DNA of 52,694 nucleotides from assembly GCA_033722275.1 (NCBI GenBank), contig JAWVZK010000001.1, forward strand, positions 1 through 52,694, read 5' to 3'. Shown here in pieces: positions 35,464 to 45,570 of this stretch (position 1 is its first letter; every line of letters begins with the position of its first letter). This DNA comes from Longimicrobiales bacterium (GTDB taxonomy: Bacteria > Gemmatimonadota > Gemmatimonadetes > Longimicrobiales > Gaopeijiaceae). Made by a program: the position numbers and the translations under genes. The notes under the pieces were generated by a model. That model was not told the origin of the DNA. It searched no databases and saw nothing but the letters and a program-made list of their open reading frames with translations.

Positions 35464-37056
35464 ATGTTTTCAAGAGGCCGTTTGATCCCTCTCATGGCCG
35501 CCCTGGCGGTTTCCGTCGCCGCGTGTAGCGACGACGACAACGGAGGCACGAACGTTCAGGATCCTCCGGCACAACCGACCGGCGTCGCCGTAGCCGAAGG
35601 CGATGGGGTGCTGGTCGTGAGCTGGACCGCCGTCAGCGGCGCCACGGCCTACGACGTCCAGCGTCAGGAGGCCGTCGGTGGCGCGTCCTTCAGCGACATC
35701 GCGATGGACGTCACCGAGACGACCTACACCGACGCCACCGCGGTCGAGGGCACGACGTACAACTACCGCGTCATCGCCAAGAACGTGAATGGGAGCTCGA
35801 CTCCGAGTGATCCGGCGCCCGGGCTTCTGGACCCCAACACCCAGGTCCTGAGTGGCACCATCAATTCGGATGTCACCTTGGACGCCAACCTCACCTATAC
35901 GATCACGGGGATCGTGACCGTCGAGGACGGTGCCTCGCTCACCATCCCGGCAGGGACGCTCCTCCTCGGCAGCACCGCGGTGCAGCCGTCCGCGCTCATG
36001 GTCCGCACCGGAGGACAGATCTTCTCCAATGGCACCGTCGACGACCCGGTGGTCTTCACCTCCGCCGCACCCGAGGGCTCGCGCGAGCGTGGAGACTGGG
36101 GCGGCGTCGTCATCAACGGGCTCTCCATCTGCAACTTCCCTGCCGACGAGTGCGTGGGCGAAGGCGCGTCGGGACCGTACGGTGGCAATCAGCTCGACGA
36201 CGACAGCGGGTCGATGACCTACACGCGGGTCGAGTTCGCCGGATACGAGGTCTCTTTCGGCAACGAGCTCAACGCCCTCACGCTCAACGGCGTCGGCTCC
36301 GGCACCACGCTCGAGGCCATTCAGACCCACTACGGGTCGGACGACGGCTTCGAGTTCTTCGGCGGTACCGTAGATCTGAAATGGGCCATCGCCACGGGGA
36401 TCTCCGACGACTCGTTCGACTACTCCACGGGCTGGCAGGGCCGCGGGCAGTTCTGGATCGCCCAGCAGGATCCCGACGATGCTGACAACGGCTTCGAGGT
36501 GGACGGCAACGAGGACAACTTCGACGCCACGCCCCTCACCGATCCGATCATCTACAACGTCACCCTCGTCGGTAAAGGTGTGGATGGAGTGGGTGGCACC
36601 GCGGGTGAGTCCGTGGACGGCCTCCGTCTACGGCGGGGAACCGGTGGCGACATCTTCAACGCCATCGTCATCGGCTTCGGCACCTCCGGCGTGGACGTCG
36701 ACAACATCGAGACCGTCGGCCGTTACACGGTCCAGAACTCGATCATCGCGCTGAACGCCGCCAACATCAAACCGGCCGACGACGAGGGCGACACGGTGGC
36801 CTACCAGGACAGCGTTTCGACCGTAACCGCCTGGAACAACATCGTGGGCACTGATCCGCTTCTGACCGACCCCTTCAACCGGACGGCGCCGGACTTCCGT
36901 CCGGGCGCCGGTTCGCCCGCTCTGGTCACCGAGGGCAACGGGGCCACGCCCCCCGCCGACGGGTTCTTCGACGTGACCGCCACCTACATCGGCGCCGTCG
37001 ATCCCGACGCGGCGACCCAGTGGTTCGAGGGTTGGACCACCCTCGCCCAGAACTGA
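35464..37056 (+). CDS. Lipoprotein with FN3-like domain and probable beta-helix region
   Basis: Lipobox SVAAC. FN3-like segment (PTGVAVAEGDGVLVVSWTAVSGATAYDVQR...YNYRVIAKN). Then repetitive G/D/T-rich beta-type sequence (...RGDWGGVVINGLS...GSDDGFEFFGGTVDLKW...DNGFEVDGNEDN...). SD AGGAGA before ATG 35464. Confidence 0.8.
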   Translation: MFSRGRLIPLMAALAVSVAACSDDDNGGTNVQDPPAQPTGVAVAEGDGVLVVSWTAVSGATAYDVQRQEAVGGASFSDIAMDVTETTYTDATAVEGTTYNYRVIAKNVNGSSTPSDPAPGLLDPNTQVLSGTINSDVTLDANLTYTITGIVTVEDGASLTIPAGTLLLGSTAVQPSALMVRTGGQIFSNGTVDDPVVFTSAAPEGSRERGDWGGVVINGLSICNFPADECVGEGASGPYGGNQLDDDSGSMTYTRVEFAGYEVSFGNELNALTLNGVGSGTTLEAIQTHYGSDDGFEFFGGTVDLKWAIATGISDDSFDYSTGWQGRGQFWIAQQDPDDADNGFEVDGNEDNFDATPLTDPIIYNVTLVGKGVDGVGGTAGESVDGLRLRRGTGGDIFNAIVIGFGTSGVDVDNIETVGRYTVQNSIIALNAANIKPADDEGDTVAYQDSVSTVTAWNNIVGTDPLLTDPFNRTAPDFRPGAGSPALVTEGNGATPPADGFFDVTATYIGAVDPDAATQWFEGWTTLAQN

Positions 37057-37274
37057 ACCCGGAGAGACGAGAGGATTCGCCGGTGGCTCCCGTGCTTCAC
37101 CATACCCGCGCTTCCTGCACCGCTCGGCGGTTCGCAGAGGAGTTGTGCGGGGGCGCCGGCACCTCCTCGTCCCTGAGCAGCAACAGCCCGCTGGAGAATC
37201 GGAGCGGCCGGGGTCGGCGAGAGTCGGCCGCGGGTGCTTCCGACGCCACCGCGAGTGGCTCACGCCGTCCAGGC

Positions 37275-37841
37275 GTGGGCCTCGTTCATCGAGTTGCCCT
37301 CGCCATCGCGCTCTCCGTGGCGTCGGTCGGATGCAGCTCTGCGGCAGGCAGCTCCGACGGGGTGGTTGAGTCGCTCGGGCTCGCCGACGCGCAGCCGACC
37401 ATGGAGGCCCTGGGTCGCCACGTTCTCGACGCGCTCGCTCGTCAGGACGAGTCGGCCCTGGAGGCGGTTCGCGTGACCGAGCGGGAGCACAACGAGATCA
37501 TCTGGCCGGAGCTTCCTGCGTCGGCCCCGGAGATCAACTTCCCCGTGGACTACGCATGGACGAACATCCGGAACCGGAACCGACGCGCGTTGACGCGCAT
37601 GTTGCCCATCTTCGCGGATCGTACCTTCGGCTTTCAGGGAGTGGAGTGCCGGGGCCCCACAGAGAGGTTCGAGAGCTTCTCCGTCCAGACCGACTGCTAC
37701 GTGCTGTTCGTGGTGGGCGACGCGCCGGAGGTCTGGGAGATCCAGGCCTTCAAGGATGTCCTGGTGCGCGGAGGTGGATACAAGATCTTCCGTTACTACG
37801 ACGAGGAGCCCCGGCCCCATCGTGGCGACCGAGCGCCGTGA
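37275..37841 (+). CDS. Lipoprotein of unknown function
   Basis: GTG 37275 gives M-GLVHRVALAIALSVASVGCSS (lipobox). Soluble domain with conserved-looking ...INFPVDYAWTNIRNRNRRAL.... Start is inferred. The track ORF begins at 37020, inside the previous gene. Confidence 0.6.
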   Translation: MGLVHRVALAIALSVASVGCSSAAGSSDGVVESLGLADAQPTMEALGRHVLDALARQDESALEAVRVTEREHNEIIWPELPASAPEINFPVDYAWTNIRNRNRRALTRMLPIFADRTFGFQGVECRGPTERFESFSVQTDCYVLFVVGDAPEVWEIQAFKDVLVRGGGYKIFRYYDEEPRPHRGDRAP

Positions 37842-37972
37842 CCCCGGGGCTTCTCGGCCGTTCAGAGGTCAGGAGTCGCCTAGAACCGTCGGTACGCCAA
37901 TGGTGATTTCACTCTGCGCGCAGGGTATCTTAACGGGTGGGCTCACGCGACTCGGTGGTAGAAGCAGGGAGC

Positions 37973-39205
37973 ATGGACGAGCAGACGCTCATCTACGACT
38001 GGAACGAGGTGGACGGGACCTTCGACTGGTCGAAGGTCGGACGGGTGGAGCTCGACGACGAGACACTCCGCGACGGGCTGCAGAATCCCTCCGTGGTGGA
38101 TCCGCCCATCCAGGACAAGATCCGACTTCTCCACTACATGGATCAGCTGGGGGTCCATACGGCCGATATCGGACTGCCGGGGGCGGGCCCCCGGGCGGTG
38201 GAGGCGGTGACGGCGCTGGCCCGGGAGATGGTGGACGCGGGTCTTTCCATTCGACCCAACTGCGCGGCCCGGACGGTGGTGGCCGACGTGGAGCCCATTG
38301 CCGAGATCAGCCAGAACGTGGGCATCGCCATCGAGGCGTGCACCTTCATCGGCAGCTCTCCCATACGCCAGTACGCCGAGGACTGGACGCTCTCCAAGAT
38401 GCTTCGCGTCACCGAGGAGGCGGTGTCCTTCGCGGTGGGGGAAGGGCTGCCCGTGCTCATGGTGACGGAGGACACGACGCGAGCCCATCCCGACGTGCTC
38501 AAGCAGATCTATGGCACGGCCATCCGTTGCGGCGCCCGTCGGATCTGCATCGCCGACACGGTGGGGCACGCCACGCCGGAGGGGACGGAGGCGCTCGTGC
38601 GTTTCGTCCTGGAGGAGATCGTGGAGCCCTCGGGGGAGGACGTGGGGGTGGATTGGCACGGCCACCGGGACCGGGGCTTCGGGCTGGCCAACGCCATGGC
38701 GGCGATACGGGCCGGGGCCACCCGGATCCACGGGACGGCGCTCGGTATCGGAGAGCGGTCCGGGAACACGGAGATGGACCTCCTGCTGGTGAACCTGAAG
38801 CTGCTCGGGATCCACGACGCGGATCTGACCGTCCTCGCCGACTACACCCACTTGACGGCGGAGGCTTGCCAGGTACCGCTGGTCCACTCGTATCCGGTGA
38901 TGGGGAAGGACGCCTTCCGCACCGCCACGGGTGTCCACGCGGCGGCGATCGTGAAGGCCGAGGCGAAGGGCGACGCGTGGCTCGCCGACCGCATCTACTC
39001 GTCGGTCCCGGCCTCCATGGTGGGGCGTTCACAGACCATCGAGATCGGACCGATGTCGGGCCTCTCCAACGTCCGTTACTGGCTTCGGGAACGGGGATAC
39101 GATCCCGAGGACGAGGAGCTGACCGGGCGGATCTTCCGGGCGGCCAAACAGACGGACCACACCCTCAGCGAAGGAGAGCTGGAAGCCCTCTGCAGGAGCG
39201 GCTGA
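37973..39205 (+). CDS. HMGL-like aldolase: 2-isopropylmalate / homocitrate synthase family protein (short form)
   Basis: ...LDDETLRDGLQNP..., ...ADTVGHATP..., ...HGHRDRGFGLANAMAAIRAGATRIHGTALGIGERSGN.... SD AGGGAG before ATG 37973. No LeuA C-terminal regulatory domain. Confidence 0.85.
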   Translation: MDEQTLIYDWNEVDGTFDWSKVGRVELDDETLRDGLQNPSVVDPPIQDKIRLLHYMDQLGVHTADIGLPGAGPRAVEAVTALAREMVDAGLSIRPNCAARTVVADVEPIAEISQNVGIAIEACTFIGSSPIRQYAEDWTLSKMLRVTEEAVSFAVGEGLPVLMVTEDTTRAHPDVLKQIYGTAIRCGARRICIADTVGHATPEGTEALVRFVLEEIVEPSGEDVGVDWHGHRDRGFGLANAMAAIRAGATRIHGTALGIGERSGNTEMDLLLVNLKLLGIHDADLTVLADYTHLTAEACQVPLVHSYPVMGKDAFRTATGVHAAAIVKAEAKGDAWLADRIYSSVPASMVGRSQTIEIGPMSGLSNVRYWLRERGYDPEDEELTGRIFRAAKQTDHTLSEGELEALCRSG

Positions 39206-39260
39206 CCATCCTCGATGGCGCGGTCGACGCGAGTCGGACCGGCCGGGAGGTCGGGGGGCG

Positions 39261-40019
39261 TTGACCAAGCTTGCTCAGGAGATCATGGAAGCGACCAACT
39301 CCTCGACCGTGCCCCGGGTCCTCGTCGTCGAGGACGAGCCCGACATCGCGGCGCTGATCGCCTACCAGCTCACCCGGGAGGGTTTTCGGGTGGAGACGAC
39401 GGGGACGGGCACCGGTGCCCTCGATGCCGTGGACCGGGAGATCCCCGATCTCGTGATCCTGGACCGGATGCTGCCGGGACTCAGCGGCGACGAGATCCTG
39501 GAGCGCCTCCGGGCCGATCCGGCGACGGCGAACGTTCCGGTCCTGGTGCTCACCGCCAAGCGGGAGCAGGAGGATCGCATCGAAGGCCTGGAGCTCGGAG
39601 CCGACGATTACCTCACCAAGCCCTTCAGCCCCAGGGAGCTCGCGCTGCGAGCTCAGGCGATCCTCCGCCGGGTTCAGGAGGCGGGGATCGTCGGTGGAGG
39701 ACGCGTGCTCAAGGCGGGCCCCATCCGACTCGACACCGAAGCCCACCGCACGTCCATCGACGGGGAGGAGCTCTCTCTGACGCCCACCGAGTTCCGCCTC
39801 CTTCAGGCGTTGATGGAGCGCCGGGGCCGCACCCAGAGCCGGACGCAGCTGCTGGAAAAAGCGTGGGACGTGGAGTCCGGCGTCTCCGACAGGATCCAGA
39901 CGCGAACCGTCGACATGCATGTCCGCCGGCTTCGGGCGAAGCTCGGTGAGATGGGGGACTGGATCGAGACCGTACGCGGGTTCGGGTACCGCCTGAAGGT
40001 CCCCGAAAGCTCGGGATAG
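39261..40019 (+). CDS. phoB: OmpR/PhoB-family response regulator
   Basis: Receiver domain (VLVVEDEPDI...DLVILDRMLPGLSG...LTAK...GADDYLTKPF) plus winged helix (...LTPTEFRLLQALM...VDMHVRRLRAKL...VRGFGYRL). The symbol is assigned from pst/phoU synteny. Start is TTG 39261 or ATG 39285. Confidence 0.86.
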   Translation: MTKLAQEIMEATNSSTVPRVLVVEDEPDIAALIAYQLTREGFRVETTGTGTGALDAVDREIPDLVILDRMLPGLSGDEILERLRADPATANVPVLVLTAKREQEDRIEGLELGADDYLTKPFSPRELALRAQAILRRVQEAGIVGGGRVLKAGPIRLDTEAHRTSIDGEELSLTPTEFRLLQALMERRGRTQSRTQLLEKAWDVESGVSDRIQTRTVDMHVRRLRAKLGEMGDWIETVRGFGYRLKVPESSG

Positions 40020-40056
40020 GACGCCCGGCCCACGGTGCCCCGCTCGGGCACGGACG

Positions 40057-41802
40057 GTGATGATGCCCCTGCGGTTGCGGGTCCACCATCCGCTCTTCGC
40101 CGGCTTCGTAGCGGTGATCGGGTTCCTGGTGGCCATCATCGTGCCCCTGGTGGGGAGGGGCCTCAGGGGAGAGCTGTACGACCTCCACCAGAACCAGTTG
40201 GAGCGCCAGCTCGACCTCGCCGAGGCGCTCGTCGACGCCTCACCCTCGACCGACGCCGATTCCCTCGCGCGCCTCATCACCGCTCGGGTGGAGAACCGTG
40301 TCACGTTCATCGACCTGGAGGGCAGGGTTCTCGGCGACTCCTTCGTCGAGCCCGCGCGGTTGCCGGAGGTCGAGAACCATATCGGTCGGCCGGAGGTCCA
40401 GGGAGTGCTCGGCGGGGCGTCGAAGAGCTTCGCTCGGCGGACAAGCGCGACCGTGGGCCTTCCCCTCCTCTATGGCGCGCGGATGGCCACGCTGGGTGGG
40501 GAGCCGATCATCCTCCGCATCGCCACGCCGCTGACGAGCATCGAGGCCGCCGTCGACGGGGTCCAACGGACCGTGGCCCTCATCGGGCTTCTGACGCTTC
40601 TCCTCGCCCTCCTGGGTGCGTACGGGCTCAGCAAGCTCTTCACGCGACCCCTAGTCGCTCTGGCGGAGCGAGCGGGGGAGCTGGCCCAGGGAGACGTCAC
40701 GTCCGACGTCCCCCTGGGGCGGGTGGCCGAGCTCCAGGATCTGGCGCGGGCCTTCAACCGCCTCACCGACGAGCTGCAGACCCGTCTCTCGGAGCTGGCC
40801 CGGGAGCGCGACGAGATGCAAACGCTCATCGACTGCATGGCCGAAGGCGTCATCGCCCTCACCGAGGACGCGCGGCTGCTCCGGATGAACCGGGCGGCTC
40901 GAGCCCTCCTGGAGCTGGATCCGGTGCCGGCGTTCGCGCCGGTGAGCTCGGTGGTGCGCGACGAGGCCCTGCGCAAAGCGTTGGAGCGAAGCGTCACCGT
41001 CGAGGGGCAGGCCGCCGAGATCGAGATGGGCGGACGGCACGTGCTTCTGGCGTCGCGTGCCCTCGACTCCGGGGGGGCCGTGACCACGCTCCTCGACATC
41101 ACCGAGGTACGACACCTGGAGCAGGTCCGTCGTGATTTCGTGGCCAACGCCTCCCATGAGTTGAAGACCCCCCTCACCTCGATCCGGGGCTTCGCGGAGA
41201 CCCTCACCGAAGCCGACCCTCCGGACCACCTCCGGAAGCAGTTTCTCGAGTCCATCCGGCTCAACACGCTTCGCCTCCAACGTCTGGTGGACGATCTCCT
41301 GGATCTCTCCCGCCTGGAATCGGGGGGGTGGGCGGCTGCCGAAGAGCCGGTGGTGCTTTCGGAAGCCGTGGCCGAGGGCTGGGACCTCGTGGAGTGCCCG
41401 GCCGGATCGGAGCGTACCTTCACCGTGGAGGGCGAGGCTCTCGTGCTGGGAGACCGCGCGGGCCTCGTTCAGATCTTCCGGAATCTCCTGGAGAACGCCG
41501 TGCGTCACACGTCGCCGTCGGGGACGATCCGGGTGACCATACGGACCGACGAAGGCGAGGGGACGGCTCATGTCGGCGTCTCCGACGACGGAGAGGGAAT
41601 CCCCCTCAAGTCGTTGCCCCGGATCTTCGAGCGCTTCTATCGGGCCGACTCCTCCCGCGCTCGCGACGTCGGAGGGACGGGCCTGGGCCTGGCCATCGTC
41701 AAGCATCTGGTGGGCGCCATGGGCGGAGAGATCGACGCGGACAGTACGCTGGGCGTGGGCACCACCATCCGGTTCACCCTGCCTCTGGCCGGTCCGTCGT
41801 GA
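40057..41802 (+). CDS. phoR: Sensor histidine kinase, PhoR-like
   Basis: Two TM segments, HAMP, a PAS-like region, H-box FVANASHELKTPLTSI, N box NLLENAVRHT, G boxes DDGEGIP / GTGLGLAIVKH. Confidence 0.86.
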   Translation: MMMPLRLRVHHPLFAGFVAVIGFLVAIIVPLVGRGLRGELYDLHQNQLERQLDLAEALVDASPSTDADSLARLITARVENRVTFIDLEGRVLGDSFVEPARLPEVENHIGRPEVQGVLGGASKSFARRTSATVGLPLLYGARMATLGGEPIILRIATPLTSIEAAVDGVQRTVALIGLLTLLLALLGAYGLSKLFTRPLVALAERAGELAQGDVTSDVPLGRVAELQDLARAFNRLTDELQTRLSELARERDEMQTLIDCMAEGVIALTEDARLLRMNRAARALLELDPVPAFAPVSSVVRDEALRKALERSVTVEGQAAEIEMGGRHVLLASRALDSGGAVTTLLDITEVRHLEQVRRDFVANASHELKTPLTSIRGFAETLTEADPPDHLRKQFLESIRLNTLRLQRLVDDLLDLSRLESGGWAAAEEPVVLSEAVAEGWDLVECPAGSERTFTVEGEALVLGDRAGLVQIFRNLLENAVRHTSPSGTIRVTIRTDEGEGTAHVGVSDDGEGIPLKSLPRIFERFYRADSSRARDVGGTGLGLAIVKHLVGAMGGEIDADSTLGVGTTIRFTLPLAGPS

Positions 41803-41888
41803 CGAGCCGGAGAGAGGAGGATACCGGGCCGGCTGTGGTCACGTAGCCTGGGTGCGCGGGCCGAACAACCCCGTCGCAGGAGGCGGGC

Positions 41889-41909
41889 GTGTTACGATTA
41901 CGTTACCGG
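41889..41909 (+). promoter_or_regulatory. Candidate Pho box: GTTAC direct repeats at 11-nt spacing upstream of pstS
   Basis: CGTGTTACGATTACGTTACCGG, with GTTAC at 41891 and 41902 and ATTAC at 41897. It lies 80-97 nt upstream of the pstS ATG. The 11-nt phasing is the architecture of PhoB/PhoP boxes. Confidence 0.4.
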
Positions 41910-41987
41910 ATTGTCGCCAAATCTTCGCTGATTCGATGTAGGGTTCGGAGCCTTGCCAAGCACATCCATCCAGCCGTAGGTACTTCC

Positions 41988-42935
41988 ATGACGCAACGCT
42001 CTTCCCGCTTCGCCGTGAGCTGTACGGCGCTCCTGCTCGTCGCGGCTTGCGGCGGGGACGCCGGCGACGGCTCCGGCACGCTGAGTGGCTCGGTCCGGAT
42101 CGACGGGTCGAGCACGGTCTTTCCCATTGCCGAAGCCGTGGCCGAGGAGTTCCAGATCGCCCACCCGAACGTGCGGGTCACGGTGGGCGTGTCCGGTTCG
42201 GGTGGCGGCTTCGAGCGGTTCTGCAACGGGGAGATCGATCTGTCGAACGCGTCCCGCGAGATCCGGGAGGGTGAGATCGAGGAGTGCGAGGCCGCGGGGA
42301 TCGAATTCACCGAGGTCTCCGTGGCCTGGGACGGTCTGTCCGTCATCGTGAACCCCGAGAACGACTTCGTCGAGTGCCTGACGACCGACGAGCTGCGACG
42401 GATCTGGCAGCCGGAAAGCAGCGTGGAGACGTGGAGCGACGTACGGCCCGAATGGCCGGACGAGGAGATCCAGCTCTACGGACCCGGAACCGATTCGGGA
42501 ACCTTCGACTACTTCACCGAAGCCATCGTCGGCGAGAGCGGGGCCAGCCGGCCCGACTTCCAGGCGTCCGAAGACGACAACATCCTCGTTCAGGGGGTGG
42601 CCGGTGATCGCTACGCCCTCGGCTACTTCGGCTATGCCTACTACGCGGAGAACCAGGACCGGCTGAAGCTCGTGGGCATCGACGACGGCAACGGCTGTGT
42701 CCGCCCCTCGGACCAGACCATCGAGGATCGCACGTACACCCCCCTCGCACGTCCTCTCTACGTGTACGTGAAGCACTCCGCGCTCGAGCGACCGGAAGTG
42801 ATGGAATACGTCGAGTTCATGCTCGAGGAAGCCGCGGAGCTGGTCCCGGCCACGGGGTACCACCCGCTGACGGAAGCCCAATACCAGGAGAGCCTGGCTC
42901 TGATCTCCCAGGTCTCCGGCGGTGGTGCGGGATAA
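41988..42935 (+). CDS. pstS: Phosphate ABC transporter substrate-binding lipoprotein
   Basis: Lipobox LLVAAC, then ...[18 protein letters not shown]..., ...GSGGGFERF..., ...[12 protein letters not shown].... ATG 41988 lies inside track ORF 41889..42935. Confidence 0.9.
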   Translation: MTQRSSRFAVSCTALLLVAACGGDAGDGSGTLSGSVRIDGSSTVFPIAEAVAEEFQIAHPNVRVTVGVSGSGGGFERFCNGEIDLSNASREIREGEIEECEAAGIEFTEVSVAWDGLSVIVNPENDFVECLTTDELRRIWQPESSVETWSDVRPEWPDEEIQLYGPGTDSGTFDYFTEAIVGESGASRPDFQASEDDNILVQGVAGDRYALGYFGYAYYAENQDRLKLVGIDDGNGCVRPSDQTIEDRTYTPLARPLYVYVKHSALERPEVMEYVEFMLEEAAELVPATGYHPLTEAQYQESLALISQVSGGGAG

Positions 42936-42942
42936 CGTCCAG

Positions 42943-43899
42943 ATGAGTCAGAGCGACGAAGGGGCGGACGGCGACGAGCCGGTCGCCCCTTCCGTCGTGT
43001 CCCAGCTCGGGCTCCGGAAGGACCGGAGCCGGAAGGAGCGGCTCATCGCCGGCCTGCTCTTCGCGTGCGCCGCCGTCTCCACGCTCGTGACGGTGGGTGT
43101 GGTCGCGGTGCTCCTGGGGGAGACCGTGATGTTCTTCTCGCAGGTATCGCCCGTCGAGTTCTTCACCGGGACCGAATGGACGCCCAACTTCCGGGACCAG
43201 AACTTCGGGATTCTCCCCCTCCTGGCCGGCTCGTTCATGGTGGCGGTGGGCTCCGCCGTCATCGCGCTCCCCGTGGGACTGATGACGGCCATATTCCTCA
43301 GCGAGTACGCCGGGTCGCGACTCCAGGGCGTCCTCAAGCCGATCCTCGAGATCCTGGCCGGGATCCCCACCGTCGTCTATGGCTACTTCGCGCTCACGTT
43401 CATCACGCCCCTTCTGCGGCATTTCTTCCCCGGCACCGACGTGTTCAACGCCGCGTCGGCGAGCATCGTCGTGGGGATCATGATCATCCCCACCGTCTCG
43501 TCCCTCTCCGAGGATGCGCTCCGGGCGGTGCCCAACGCCCTGCGCGAGGGGGCCTACGGCCTGGGGGCGACGAAGTTGGAGGTGTCCACCCGGGTCGTGG
43601 TCCCCGCGGCCCTCTCGGGGATCCTCGCCTCCTTCATCCTGGCCATCTCCAGGGCCATCGGGGAGACCATGGCCGTGACCATCGCCGCCGGGAATCTCCC
43701 GAACCTCACGCTGAATCCGCTGGAGTCCATCCAGACCATGACGGCGTACATCGTCTCCGTGAGCCTGGGGGACACGCCACAGGGCACCATCGCCTACCAG
43801 ACGCTCTTCGCCGTCGGGATGACGCTCTTCGTCATCACCCTGGCGATGAACATCCTCAGCCAGTGGGTTCTGTCCCGGTTCCGGGAGGAGTACCAGTGA
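42943..43899 (+). CDS. pstC: Phosphate ABC transporter permease PstC
   Basis: Six-TM BPD-type permease with the EAA-like loop ...[25 protein letters not shown].... ATG 42943; the track's GTG 42922 overlaps pstS. Confidence 0.9.
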   Translation: MSQSDEGADGDEPVAPSVVSQLGLRKDRSRKERLIAGLLFACAAVSTLVTVGVVAVLLGETVMFFSQVSPVEFFTGTEWTPNFRDQNFGILPLLAGSFMVAVGSAVIALPVGLMTAIFLSEYAGSRLQGVLKPILEILAGIPTVVYGYFALTFITPLLRHFFPGTDVFNAASASIVVGIMIIPTVSSLSEDALRAVPNALREGAYGLGATKLEVSTRVVVPAALSGILASFILAISRAIGETMAVTIAAGNLPNLTLNPLESIQTMTAYIVSVSLGDTPQGTIAYQTLFAVGMTLFVITLAMNILSQWVLSRFREEYQ

Positions 43900-44783
43900 G
43901 CGGCGCACCCCCGCCCCTGGGGGAAGGGCGATCGGCGTTCCATACGCGGAGGCGTCTGAAGGGGGTCGTCTTCGCCACCCTCTGCGGCGTTGCCACCCTC
44001 GTGGGCGTCGTGTCGCTGGCGGTCCTTCTGGTCGACGTCGTCATCGACGGGCTCGGCGAGCTCGATACCGCGTTCCTGACCAGCTTCGCCTCCCGCTTCC
44101 CCGAGCGAGCCGGGATCAAGGCCGGCCTGGTGGGATCGATCTGGATCCTGGTCCTCACGGCGCTCTTCTCCTTCCCGGTCTCGGTGGCGGCGGCCATCTA
44201 CCTCGAGGAGTACGCCCGGCGCGGCTGGCTGAGTCGGGCCATCCAGACCAACATCGCGAACCTCGCCGGCGTACCCTCCATCGTGTACGGCATCCTCGGA
44301 CTGGCCCTCTTCGTCCGGGCCCTCGGCTTCGAACGCAGCGTCCTCTCCGGAGCGTTGACGCTTTCGCTGCTCATCATGCCGGTCATCATCATCGCCGCCC
44401 AGGAGGCGATCCGCGCGGTCCCGCCGACGATCCGGGAAGCCGCCTACGGGCTCGGTGCGACCAGGTGGCAGGTCGTGAGCCGTCAGGTCCTGCCCATGGC
44501 GCTGCCCGGGATCCTGACCGGAACGATCCTCGCTCTCTCCCGGGCGGTGGGAGAGACGGCGCCCCTGATCATGGTCGGAGCCGTCGGCTTCATCGCCTTC
44601 ACCCCCGAGGGCCCCATGGACCCGTTCACCGTGATGCCGCTGCAGATCTATCAGTGGGTCTCTCGCCCCCAGGACGAGTTTCGAGCCCTGGCGGCGGCGG
44701 GCATCATCGTGCTCCTCGTCCTGCTGCTCACGATGAACGCCGTCGCCATCGTACTTCGGAACCGCTACAGCACCCGCATCTGA
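43896..44783 (+). CDS. pstA: Phosphate ABC transporter permease PstA
   Basis: ...[25 protein letters not shown]... and ...[16 protein letters not shown].... GTG 43896 overlaps the pstC stop (GTGA). Confidence 0.9.
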   Translation: MSGAPPPLGEGRSAFHTRRRLKGVVFATLCGVATLVGVVSLAVLLVDVVIDGLGELDTAFLTSFASRFPERAGIKAGLVGSIWILVLTALFSFPVSVAAAIYLEEYARRGWLSRAIQTNIANLAGVPSIVYGILGLALFVRALGFERSVLSGALTLSLLIMPVIIIAAQEAIRAVPPTIREAAYGLGATRWQVVSRQVLPMALPGILTGTILALSRAVGETAPLIMVGAVGFIAFTPEGPMDPFTVMPLQIYQWVSRPQDEFRALAAAGIIVLLVLLLTMNAVAIVLRNRYSTRI

Positions 44784-44787
44784 CCCC

Positions 44788-45570
44788 ATGTCGACCACGT
44801 ACGGCGTACAGATCGGCGCCCAGGGACCGGCCCTGGAAGCCCGGAACGTATCGGTCTTCTACGACGAGAAGCAGGCCATCGACACGGTCTCCCTGTCCGT
44901 GCCCGAGCGACAGGTCGTGGCCCTCATCGGTCCGTCCGGCTGCGGGAAGAGCACCCTCCTCCGCTGCTTCAACCGGATGAACGACCTGGTGGCCAGTGCC
45001 CGGGTGCAAGGAGACATCGAGTTCCACGGACACAACCTCTACGCCCCGGACGTGGACCCGGTGGAGGTGCGTCGCCGGATCGGCATGGTCTTCCAGAAGC
45101 CCAACCCCTTTCCCAAGTCCATCTACGAGAACGTGGCGTTCGGGCCGCGCATCAACGGATTCAAGGGAGACCTGGACGGGCTGGTGGAGCAGTCCCTGCG
45201 CCAGGCCGCGCTCTGGGACGAGGTCAACGACCGTCTCGACGATTCGGCCTACGCCCTGTCGGGAGGCCAACAGCAGAGACTCTGCATCGCGCGGACGCTG
45301 GCGGTGAAGCCCGAGCTGGTGCTCATGGACGAGCCGGCGTCCGCCCTCGACCCCATCGCCACCCAGCGGATCGAGGAGCTCATCTACGAGTTGAAGGAGC
45401 AGTACACCATCGTCATCGTCACCCACAACATGCAACAGGCGGCCCGCATCTCGGACTACACGGCGTTCCTGTACATGGGCAGGCTCATCGAGTACGGTCC
45501 CACCGACGCCATCTTCACGAATCCGCGGGAGGAACGCACGGAGGCCTACGTCACCGGGAGGTTCGGTTGA
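44788..45570 (+). CDS. pstB: Phosphate import ATP-binding protein PstB
   Basis: Walker [10 protein letters not shown], ...[13 protein letters not shown]..., [13 protein letters not shown], and the PstB-typical C-terminus ...[18 protein letters not shown]. Confidence 0.95.
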   Translation: MSTTYGVQIGAQGPALEARNVSVFYDEKQAIDTVSLSVPERQVVALIGPSGCGKSTLLRCFNRMNDLVASARVQGDIEFHGHNLYAPDVDPVEVRRRIGMVFQKPNPFPKSIYENVAFGPRINGFKGDLDGLVEQSLRQAALWDEVNDRLDDSAYALSGGQQQRLCIARTLAVKPELVLMDEPASALDPIATQRIEELIYELKEQYTIVIVTHNMQQAARISDYTAFLYMGRLIEYGPTDAIFTNPREERTEAYVTGRFG

